Shown here: positions 36,932-48,600 of the stretch, piece by piece
How positions within the stretch are numbered: position 1 is the stretch's first letter
Layout of the letters: every line of letters begins with the position of its first letter
Assembly (NCBI GenBank): GCA_002269645.1
Contig: NIVC01001948.1
Coordinates: forward strand, 241,953 to 305,952
Origin: Macrostomum lignano
Taxonomy: Eukaryota
Reading direction: 5' to 3'
DNA: 64,000 nucleotides
Program-made: the position numbers and the translations under genes
Notes under the pieces: generated by a model
Databases searched by the model: none
Seen by the model: the letters and a program-made list of their open reading frames with translations, nothing else
What the model was told of the DNA's origin: nothing

Positions 36932-38306
36932 ATGCAGCAATTCCGTTTACCGAGACTGACCGTCCCAACGTTCACCCCTATGACGCCAGACGGGGAGTTG
37001 GACCTGGACAAGATCCCAGCCTACGCACGCCTGCTCAGCCAGTCCGGGGTACGGAGCGTCTTCGTCTGCGGCAGCACCGGCGAGTTCCCCAGTCTCAGTC
37101 TGGACGAGCGCAGGCGTGTTCTCGAAGCCTGGTGTCAGGCCCGCGCTGACGGCCTAATCGACACGGTGACCGCTCACGTGGGCACCTGCTGTCTCAAGGA
37201 CACCATCCTACTGGCCAGACACGCCGTGCAAAAGTGCAACGCGGACGCTGTAGCATCCGTGGCTCCCTGGTACTTCCCTATTGACCAGATCGACGCTACA
37301 GTGGAACTGCTGGCCAAGGTGGCTGCTGAGTGCGACGGCAAGCCCTTCTATTATTACCACATCCCGATGTTCACCAACAGCAAGCTAGACGTGGCCCAGC
37401 TGATGCGCCGGGCCGCTGCACTTGTGCCGAACCTGGTCGGGCTGAAGTTCACGGACTCTTCGCTTAGTCAACTGGCCGCCTGCTCGGAGGTTGTTGCACC
37501 CGACGGGCGACAGATGCAGGTGCAGGCGCGAGTTAAAGTTGCCTTTATGGTGGATTTATTATGCTCTACTCAGACCTTCCCACACTACCCAACCTACTCA
37601 ATCCCTACCCAAACTACTCAACCCCTACCCAACCTACTCAACCTATCAATCCATCCAATCAACTTGACCTACTCAACCTACCAATATATCCAATCTACTT
37701 AACCTACCTAACCTACCAATCCACTTAACCTACTAAACCTACTAATCCATCCAGTCTACTTAACCTACCAATCCATCCAATCTACTCAACCTACCAATCC
37801 ATCCAATCTATTCAACCTACCAATCCATCTAATCTACTCAACCTACCAATCCATCCAATCTACTCAACCTACCAATCCATCCAATCTACTCAACCTACCA
37901 ATCCATCCAATTTACTTAATCCACACCACAACAGGCCATAATCGGTCTGGACGACCTGACTTTGCCAGCCAGATCGGTGGGTGTCCTGGACGGCATCGGC
38001 GCCAGCTACAATCTGATTCCGGACGTTGTCAATTCTCTAGCCGACAGCTTTGACTCGGGCAATCTGAGCACAGCTCGCAGCGAGTCCAGCCGCATCCGGT
38101 CCCTATTCGAGGCGATCTCATCGGCAGTGGAAGGCTACGGTATGGTGTCGCTGTTAAAAATCACCATGTCCTTGATGCGAATGGACCTAGGACCGCCGCG
38201 TCTGCCGTTGAAGCCGCTGAATTCGCCTGCTAGAATCATTCTAGAACAGCGGCTAAAGTTCGACGGATTCTTAGCCAGGGATGAAGCGCAAGAGAAGCTG
38301 GCTTGA
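36932..38306 (+). CDS. NPL: N-acetylneuraminate lyase-like (DHDPS/NAL aldolase family), 319 aa; exons 36932-37519, 37935-38306
   Basis: TFTPM, GSTGEF substrate loop, FYYYHIP (catalytic Tyr), GLKFT Schiff-base Lys, GIGASYN, MDLGPPRLPL; phase-0 GT-AG intron. Confidence 0.85.
37575..37925. repeat. 26-bp minisatellite (ACCTACCAATCCATCCAATCTACTCA) in the NPL intron
   Basis: Tandem units visible. Confidence 0.9.
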
Positions 38307-38444
38307 AGACCAACTGAATTTAGAATGACATTTTGAAGACAATCGACTGCCGAGTGTGATTTGAAGCTTAAAGGTCATTTGAAGCTAATAAATACACTTC
38401 TTTAATGGGTTTTCACCACTGTGTAACTTCCAGTGCCAAGTAGC

Positions 38445-38900
38445 TAGGGATTTTTGCTACTGGGGAATTCCTGCTACTGGGGATTTCCTGCTACTGGGGT
38501 ATTCCTGCTACTGGGGTATTCCTGCTACGGGGTATTATAGCTACTGGGGTATTCCTGCTACTGGGGTATTATAGCTACTGGGGTATTCCTGCTACTGGGG
38601 TTTTCCTGCTACTGGGGTATTCCTGCTACTGGGGTATTCCTGCTACTGGGGTATTCCTGCTACTGGGGTATTATAGCTACTGGGGTATTCCTGCTATTGG
38701 GGTATTCTTGCTACTGGAGTATTCTTGCTACTGGGGTATTCCTGCTAGTGGGGTATTATAGCTACTGGGGTATTCTAGCTACTGGGGTATTCCTGCTACT
38801 GGGGTATTCCTGCTACTGGGGTATTCCTGCTACTGGGGAATTCCTGCTACTAGGGTATTCCTGCTACTGGGGTATTCCTGCTAGTGGGGTATTCCTATAC
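38445..38900. repeat. 17-bp minisatellite (CTACTGGGGTATTCCTG)
   Basis: About 26 units between the convergent NPL and NuMA 3' ends. Confidence 0.95.
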
Positions 38901-39637
38901 GGTATCTGAGAATTCCTGCTGTCGTCAAAGTTTTAAGGGCCGCTGTTAGAGTAGATTAGTGTAAAAAATTCCATGAAAACCCGTCAGTAATGACGACAAT
39001 TTCAGTTTTAACAAAATGCATTACAACTAAAGCAGCACAGACAGAGTTTTAATGTATTTGTGTGCGTGCAAGCAAACTGACGTTTTGCTATTAGTAGCAA
39101 CAGCAACAATAAGGAAATATGATTTATGTAAAACAGCTTTTATTTGGTATTTGAGTGGACTATAAAATGTAAAATTAAAAAGTAACAGTTTATTTAAAGA
39201 TTATTTAGGGTATGGATATTTTAGCACTAAATAATTAATTCATAAATGCGCGTATTTAAAACGGACTTGCTGTAGAAAAGACGGATGCTTAACAAAATGC
39301 CCACAACAGTAGGTTTCTTTTATAATAAATAAAGCCAAGAAAGAAGCAACAGTGACAACGAAAATGCATGCTAAATTATATTAAACTACTATGAGTAATA
39401 AAAAGCAGTAGAAATAAACAAGGAAAACAGTTTGAACTGGGGAAATAGTACATACAGCACCAGTATGTTTTGTAAGCCAAAATGCAAACTTTTCAACTCG
39501 GAAAAGATGTTTAGAACAATAAGAAACAACAAAGGTTTTTTTATTCAAATCAATCAGAACTAAAATAGCCAACTACTACTGGTAGGCGACGCGGTATAAA
39601 ACAGTTCAGTTGCTATGGCAACGCACAGATTAATAAG

Positions 39638-42600
39638 TCAGTCGCCCATTACCAGTTTGCGTACAGTCTTAGCGCTGCTGCTGCTGCTGCTGCCGCTGCC
39701 ACCGCCTGCGGGTCGGCGAGGTCCCGGCCTGCCCGGGTTCATCTCGATGCTATAGACCAGGGTTTTCTTAGCTGGCACAACCGGTTCAGCCGAGCTAGAC
39801 GAAGCTGATAGAGAGCTGTTATTGTGCTGCTGCTGCCCAATGGCATGGCTGGAGCGATTCTCGCGTTCTGAGCCGCCGCTAGGCCAGCGCTGATGCTGCT
39901 GCGGCTGCTGTTGCTGCAACGTCGACATGGAAGCCGACGTATTTTTCGGCCTAGTAGAAGCGGCGGCCGATGTCGTCAACGCCAGTCTTGGCGCGGCAGA
40001 TTTCGGCGATTTGAACAGGCGCTGACGCTGAGGTGGCGGCGGCGGCTGCTGCTGCTGCTGCTGTTGCTGTTGAATTCCGCCAGCAGACAGGCGGTTACGA
40101 TCGCTCAGCACAGCGGCGGATGTCGACGACCATGTCGACGCTAATGTCGATGTCAGGGCTGACGTGGCGATGGTTGAAGTGGACCGACTTGCCACGGCGG
40201 ACGAAGCTGGGATTCAGTTTGAGGGGCAGCAAAATCAGTCTGCGAACATTGCACTGACACAAATTAACTGTCGAACGTACCTAAAGCTAAAATACCACTT
40301 ATGCCGCCGTTTTCTGATACGACTTTTCACCGCGTTGCTTCCCTGCTCTCTCTTCTCTCTCTCCCCTCTATCTTCTTCCCTTCCCCTCTCCCCTTCTCCC
40401 CCTTCCACCCCCCTCTCTTCCCTCCCCTCCCTTTCCTCTCCCCTCTCTTCCACCCAGGTATCACTTTTTTATCACTGAGGCTACAATGCCACTCACCAGT
40501 GGACTCAACAATAGACCTGGGCGTAACAATAGAACAATAGAATGAACCAACACAGGTCAAATATTAACAGGAGGGTCGTGACTTCGGGGTCAGAGCACTT
40601 TCTCACCCCCAATCACTCGATTGCAAACTTTGTCTCCATTGCTATCGAACAAGTTCTTAATAACAACAAAATCGAACTTAGGGAAGAGATCTGGAATAAA
40701 AAACTGGGGACTGACAAACCGCCGGGTACGAACATCAGGGTCGACAATCATCTCCGACCCATCCCATTGGTCCTTCCTTTTCACCCATCTACGGTCTGGC
40801 TCGCCAACGAGATAGCTAAAAACTTTGATAAGCTACAAAATAAACCAGGCTCCCGCATACTGCCCGCTTTTACACGGCAACGTAACTTACAGAGCCTCCT
40901 GGCTCCCAATAAGTCAAGTCTCAGCCAGGAAACCAGTAACTTACAGAGCCTCCTGGCTCCCAATAAGTCAAGTCTCAGCCAGGAAACCAGTAACTTACAG
41001 AGCCTCCTGGCTCCCAATAAGTCAAGTCTCAGCCAGGAAACCAGTAACTTACAGAGCCTCCTGGCTCCCAATAAGTCAAGTCTCAGCCAGGAAACCATTG
41101 AATCATTTTAACCAATGCGCTCATTTTACCCTATTGAAGTACAATATTTATTCACGTTTATTTCTTTCAATGATTGTACTCACAAATATCGATTTTTATG
41201 CTCCTACCCTACCCCCAATACCGAAATTTCATCTAATCGTATAATATCGTATATCGTACGAGTATAGTACTTCGAAATAACAAATTTTATATAATAAATA
41301 TACTGTGTCGATTAAAATTAATGGTGGAAAGCCACTGGGACAAGTTAAAGCTAGGCAAAACAGGGTTTTAAATGTACATCCCTCACATGTACAACTACTC
41401 ATCAATTTTATCAGACTAAGAAAAATAATACTTAAAAGACCAACTTGAATTGCATGACACACAGATTTTTTTGGCCTGACGAAGAGCCCAGAGGCTCGAA
41501 ACCGGTAGCCAATATTAAATTAATTATTTTTTTAAACACGCCGTGACCTCTCTTCTCTCTCTCTCTCTACCTCTCTCTCTCCCCTCCATCTTCTTTCCTT
41601 CCCCCCCTCTCTTTCCCCTCTATCTTCTTTCCTCCCCCCCTTTCTCTCCCCTCTATCTTCTTTCCCTCTATCTTCTTTCCTCCCCCCTCTCTCTCCCCTC
41701 TATCTTCTTCCCTTCCCCTCTCCCCTTCTCCCCTTCCACCCCCTCTCTTCCTTTCCCCTTCTCTTCCCCCCTCTTTTTACTTCTCCTCTCTTCGCTTCTT
41801 CCATCCCCCTCTCTTCCCCCCTCCCTTTCCTCTCCCATCTCATCCCCCTCCCTTTCCTCTCCCATCTCATCCCCCTCCCTTTCCTCTCCCATCTCATCCC
41901 CCCTCCCTTTCCTCTCCCATCTCATCCCCCTCCCTTTCCTCTCCCATCTCATCCCCCTCCCTTTCCTCTCCCATCTCATCCCCCCTCCCTTTCCTCTCCC
42001 ATCTCATCCCCCTCCCTTTCCTCTCCCATCTCATCCCCCTCCCTTTCCTCTCCCATCTCATCCCCCCTCCCTTTCCTCTCCCATCTCATCCCCCCTCCCT
42101 TTCCTCTCCCCTCTCTTCCACCCAGGGATCACTTTTTTATCACTGAGGCTACAATACCACTCACCAGTGGTCTCAACAATAGACCTGGGCGTAACGCTAG
42201 CAGTCTGAGTCTCAACCGGATACGAGCTGCGCAGCTGAGCCGGCTGCCGCTGATTCCTCTGCTGCAGTTCCGCGATACGCTTCCACTCAAGCAGGTGCGC
42301 GTCCTCGTCTTCGCAGGACAGCTGGCCGCCTTTACCGCCGCCGCCGCCACCGCCTGCGCCACCAGCAGCGGCTGAGCAGCCGTTATTACTAGCGTTATTA
42401 CTAGTGCTCAGAGCGAACGGTCTGCGATCAAACACTGGTGAAGCGGCCATGTTCACGTCGGAGTTGGCCCGCACCAGCTGGTGCACCCGGTTCGACTGCA
42501 GCGGCGGCGTTGTCGGCAACTGGCGCTGCTCGTCGGCAGGCTCCGGCGATTCAACAACTCCACCGTTGCGACGCTGCTGTGCCGAGCGGATGTTGGCGGC

Positions 42601-45600
42601 CTCCTCCAGTTCCTGGCATCTCACCAGCAGGCGCTCCTTCATCTCAGCTTCTTCGTTGCGCTCTTCGATGGCTTTTTTCAACGCCGCCTTTCTACGCTGA
42701 CAGGCCTCAACTAGGCTGGCCTGCTCAAGCTCCACCTGGTGGAGATTGGACCGCAGCTTGTGCGCCTTTGGGGTGGGATGGGGTGCAAAGCAACCATGGC
42801 ATAGAGAATCGTGATATGTACCAATAATCCATGGGACAATTCACTAAATCTTCTCTCACACAGGTACATAATTCCTGACACAAAACAAGAATTCCTGACA
42901 CAAACCAAGAATTCCTGACACATACCAATAATCGCTGACACAAACCAATAATCCCTGACACATACCAAGAATTCCTGACACAAACCAAGAATTCCTGACA
43001 AACCAAGAATCCCTGACACATACCAAGAATCCCAGACATATACCAAGAATCCCTGACACAAAACAAGAATCCCTGACACATACCAAGAATCCCTGACACA
43101 TACCAAGAATCCCTGACACATACCAAGAATCCCAGACATATACCAAGAATCCCTGACACAAAACAAGAATCCCTGACACATACCAAGAATCCCTGACACA
43201 TACCAAGAATCCCTGACATATACCAAGAATCCCTGACACAAAACAAGAATCCCTGACACATACCAAGAATCCCTGACACATACCAAGAATCCCTGACACA
43301 TACCAAGAATCCCTGAAACACAGAATCCCTGACACGAACCAAGAATCCCTGACACATGTCTAAAATCCCTGACACAAAACATAGAATCCCTGACACATGT
43401 CTAAAATCCCTGACACAAAACATAGAATCCCTGACACATGTCTAAAATCCCTGACACAAAACATAGAATTCCTGACACAAAACTAGAAACCCCGACAAAC
43501 CTCCGCCTTGGATGCCTTCAACTCCTCCTCCGCAGCCTCCAGCTCTTTAGTCAGCCTATCCGTCACGGCTTTAACCTCGCGTTGAACCTCTTCGCGGGCA
43601 GCTGCCGAGGCGCGCAGCTCGGCGCCGCTGCGCTGCCGATTGCTTCGATACTGCAGCTCCTGCAGCTGGTCCTGCAGCTCGGCCAGCTCCAGCTCCGACT
43701 TCGTTCGCAACTCGCGCAGCTTGTTGGCCGCTTCGGACTCCGCCTGCAGCCGATCGCTAGTGGTCGCGAGTTCGCGCCGGAGCCTGGCCGATTCGCGCTG
43801 CAACTCGTCCTGCTGGCTGGCCGCCAAGGCCAACCGATTGGACAGGCGATCGATCTCGGCATCTCGGCTGAGCAGCTCGTCTTCGCAATCGGCCAGGCGG
43901 CGCTGAAGGCTCTCGACTTTCCGCTGGGCTCGGTCGCGTTCCATGGCGATCGATTCCGACGCCTGCTCGGCCGCTTGGCGGGCCTGTTCGAGGTTATTAT
44001 GATTTATGATCAGGTATTGTTTGCGTTTGGAGTTTCCAGCATTGCATTTTTAGCTCAGGTTTTGCTCCAGAGACTTTTTTGGCGAAATCCTGACACATTT
44101 TACAGGGCAATTCTGGCTAAACCCCATCGGGGCTGGCCGCCAGTGCTGGACTGTCAGGCGTGGGGTGGAAGGTCCGCTGGCCACGGACACGAAAGCTGGA
44201 ATTACGGCCCCTCTGCTAGGGTTGACCCTGGTGGACCTGGTGGCAGGCTCGCCGACATGCCCTCTGCACACTCACGCGGCGACGCGGTGGTGCAAGGCCC
44301 CTGTTCTGTGGTGAGCGGGACATTGACAGCTGGCTGTGCCATGTTGCAGTCAGACCGTTCCCATAGGCCCAATGACCAGGTGACCCAGTTGGGCCGTCAA
44401 CAACAATCAGGGCCATGCTGACACATTTTTAGCTTCATACTGACACCTTTTCAGCGCCATCCTGACACATTTTTAGCTTCATACTGACACCTTTTCAGCG
44501 CCATCCTGACACATTTTTAGCTTCATACTGACACCTTTTCAGCGCCATCCTGACACATTTTTAGCTTCATACTGACACCTTTTCAGCGCCATCCTGACAC
44601 ATTTTTAGCTTCATACTGACACATTTTTAGCTTCATACTGACACATTTTTAGCTTCATACTGACACCTTTTCAGCGCCATCCTGACACCCTTTTCAGCGC
44701 CATCCTGACACTTTTTAGCGCCATTCTGATACCTTTTTTAATGCCATACTGACACTTTTTCAGGGCCAGGTTGACACATTTCTCAGCTTCATTCTGACAC
44801 ATTTCTCAGCTTCATCCTGACACATCTCTCAGCTTCATTCTGACACCTTTTTTAGCTTCATTCTGACACATTTCTCAGCTTCATCCTGACAAATCTCTCA
44901 GCTTCATTCTGACACCTTTTTAGCTTCATTCTGACACATTTCTCAGCTTCATCCTGACAAATCTCTCAGCTTCATTCTGACACCTTTTTAGCTTCATCCT
45001 GACACATTTCTCAGCTTCATTCTGACACATTTTTAGCTTCATTCTGACACATTTCTCAGCTTCAATCTGACACATTTCTCAGCTTCATTCTGACACATTT
45101 CTCAGCTTCAATCTGACACATTTCTCAGCTTCATTCTGACACATTTCTCAGCTTCGTCCTGACACTTTTCTCAGCTTCATCCTGACACATTTCTCAGCTT
45201 CATCCTGACACATTTCTCAGCTTCATCCTGACACATTTCTGAGCTTCATTCTGACACTTTTCTCAGCTTCATCCTGACACATTTCTCAGCTTCATCCTGA
45301 CACATTTCTCAGCTTCATCCTGACACATTTCTGAGCTTCATTCTGACACTTTTCTCAGCTTCATTCTGACACATTTCTGAGCTTCATTCTGACACATTTT
45401 TAGCTTCATTCTGACACTTTTCTCAGCTTCATTCTGACACCTTTTTTAGCTTTATTCTGACATCTTTTAGCGCCTTGTTGGCACATTTTCAGCACCACCC
45501 TGTGACACCCTAATACGAGTGTAAAAGCAATCCTCCAATTGTAAATCAGCTCACTTTGACGATCTCAGCGTCAACCCTCGCCTTCTCCTCCGTCGCGGTG

Positions 45601-48600
45601 TCCAGCAGGGCCTCCCGCTCAGCCAGGCGTTTGTCCTTCTCGGACAGGCTGTCACGCATCAGGCGCAGCTCCTCCTGGAGATCTTTGCATCGGCGCTCGA
45701 GATTTTCGGCCAGCCGGCGAGAGTCCAACAGTTCGGCGCTGGGTTCGGGTTCGGATTCGACGGCGGCGGCTGCCGTAGCGGCTGCGGTAGCGGCATCGGC
45801 TTCCAGTTGACAGATTCGCTCTTTGGCATTGTCGAGTTCGCATTGGATGTTGGTGAGCTCGCCTTCGAGTCGGAGTTGAGTGTCCGCGGCGATCACCTGC
45901 TGGGCTTCCAGCTGCTCGTGCAGGTCCGCAACTTTGCGTTGATTGGCCTGGGGATGTTGGAGATTTTGTTGAGTTGAGTTGTGGGACTATGAGTGCTTTG
46001 AATATTCTGAGCTGCACAATGGGGATATTCCAAACTACACAATGGGATATTCCAAGCTACACAATGGGATATTCCAAGCTACACAATGGGATATTCCAAG
46101 CTACACAATGGGATATTCCAAACTACACAATGGGATATCCCAAGCTACACAATGGTATATTCCAAGCTACACAATGGGATATTCCAAGCTACACAATGGG
46201 ATATCCCAAGCTACACAATGGGATATCCCAAGCTACACAATGGGATATTCCAAGCTACACAATGGGATATTCCAAGCTACACAATGGGATATTTCAAGCT
46301 ACACAATGGGATATCCCAAGCTACACAATGGGATATTCCAAGCTACACAATGGGATATTCCAAGCTACACAATGGGATATTCCAAGCTACACAATGAGAT
46401 ATTTCAAGCTACACAATGGGATATTCCAAACTACACAATGGGATATTCCAAGCTACACAATGGGATATTCCAAACTACACAATGGGATATTCCAAGCTAC
46501 ACAATGGGATATTTCAAGCTACAAGCTCACCTTCACCGCAGCATCGTACGCAGCCTTCAAGTCGGCCAGTTCAGCCAGAGCCTGATCTCTGGCAGCGCGC
46601 AGTCCTTCAGCGAATTGGCGCTTCTCATTTAGCGCCGATTCGAATTCGGCGCGCGCTTCAGCTTGGCGCCGGTCGGCGTCCTCCATAGCGGCGGCGCAGC
46701 GCTCCCTGGTGTCGTGCGCCTCCTGACTGCCGGCTTGCCGGGCCAATTGAAGCTCTTCAACAGTGTGCGCCAGCTCGGCGGCCAGCTGATCCCGATCCTG
46801 CTCAAGGCAACGCTTCACTTCGTCTAGTTCGCGTTCTCGAGTTTCGAAGTTTTTGCGCGAATTAGCCAGCTCTGCTTTGACCGACGCTAGGGCCGTTTTG
46901 TGCTCCTCAGCCTGCATAAGCAGCTCGGTTTGTAACTCTTTCACTCGTTCGTTGGCGCTGTCCAACTGCGATTCCACGAACTTGTAGGCCTCTTGCATTT
47001 GTTCAATGAGCTGCAAGCGTGTGTTGTGTATGGCTTAGTGACGTATGAGCCACACTTGCCAGGGTGACATGTTGGCGGCAGATAAAGTGGGATTTGCATC
47101 GAAGGAAGGAAGGGGAAACATTGTGAAGGGAGATTGTGAAGGGAGGGAGAAGGTGATAAAGAGAGGGAGATAAAAGCGAGGGTAAAGATGGTGATGCGAG
47201 GGGAAAGATGATGGAAGGGAGGGGAAAGATAATGGAAGGAGGAAGATGATAGTAGGGGAAGAAGATCAACGGAGAGGAAAGATGGTAAAGGGAGGGGAAA
47301 GATGGTAAAGGGAGGGGAAAGACGGTAAAGGGAGGGGAAAGATGGTAAAGGGAGTGGAAAGATGGTAAAGGGAGTGGAAAGATGGTAAAGGGAGGGGAAA
47401 GATGGTAAAGGGAGTGGAAAGATGGTAAAGGGAGTGGAAAGATGGTAAAGGGAGTGGAAAGATGGTAAAGGGAGGTGAAAGATGGTAAAGGGAGTGGAAA
47501 GATGGTAAAGGGAGGGGAAAATTGGTAAAGGGAGGGGAAAGATGGTAAAGGGAGAGTAGAGATGGTAAAGGGAGGGGAAAGATGGTAAAGGGAGGTGAGG
47601 GGAACCAGTGTAAAAGTGAGCAATAGGATCAACAATCAATTCCAGCAGATCCGCAGGCGTCACTCACAGTTTTAGTTCTCTCAAACTGCTTCTCCAGCCG
47701 TTCCACACTGGTAGTCCTATTTTTCATTTCGGTCAGCGCGGCATCCTTAGCGGCCGTCTCGGCCTCCAGTTTGCTGGCCAACTCCCGCAGCCTGTCAGCT
47801 TCAGCCTGCAGATCGGCAACCCGATCGTTGGCAGCGGAAGCCTCCAACTGAGCAGCGTCCAGTTGGAGCTCCTTGCTGGCCAGCTCCTTGCGCAAGTTGT
47901 TCATTGTAGACTCGATAGAGGCGACAGATTTCTTAGCGGCCGCTTCGCGATCGGCGGCTGCATTCTCGGCGGCCTGCTTGATTTTCTCTGCCTCTTCCAA
48001 TGCCTCCTTGGAGGTGGCGTCGGCTTCAAGGCGAATCTGCAGCATCTCCATCCGCGCAATGCCCAAATCAGCGTCCAGCTTGTTTCGTTCCTCGCGAACT
48101 TTGGCGGCATCAGCTCTGGCTGCTTCCAGCTCCTGTTCCAAGTAGTAGATCTTCTTCTCCGTGACGCCGAACAGGGTCTCGGCCGAGTCTGGCTCGGCCG
48201 CCGCAGCCATGGCCGAATCGTCCAATCTGGAGCTCATCTCGGCCAGCTGTTGGCGCATCTCGGCGCAACGGCGCTCGGCCGCCTCGGCCGAATCTTGGGC
48301 CTCCTTTTTGGCCTGCAACAGCCGGTTGATTTCGCTGTGGGGGGGGGGTAGGCGGCGATGATTCTCATGCATACCGTGAGATTTTGTGATGATTCTCATG
48401 CATACCGTGAGATTTTGTGATGATTCTCATGCATACCGTGAAATTTTGTGATGATTCTCATGCATACCGTGAGATTTTGTGATGATTCTCATGTATACAA
48501 TGAGATTTTGTGATGATTCTCAATGTTCTCATGTATACACTGAGATTATGTAATGATTCTCATGCATACAGTGAGATTTTGCGATGATTCTCATGTATAC

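Larger units (their letters stand above)
40528..41545 (+). mobile_element. 5'-truncated Penelope-like retroelement in NuMA intron 8, antisense to NuMA
   Basis: ORF 40542-41111: MNQHRSNI..SEHF..NHS..IEQV..REEIW.KKLGT..P.G.N (GIY-YIG C-terminal half), then IPLVLPFHP..AFTRQRNLQSLL; hammerhead motif near the 3' end. Confidence 0.82.

Noticed and set aside
41100-41470. SECIS element in the Penelope 3' region
   Set aside because: ATGA..AAA is present but the required downstream GA and stem pairing are not, and no in-frame UGA was seen.
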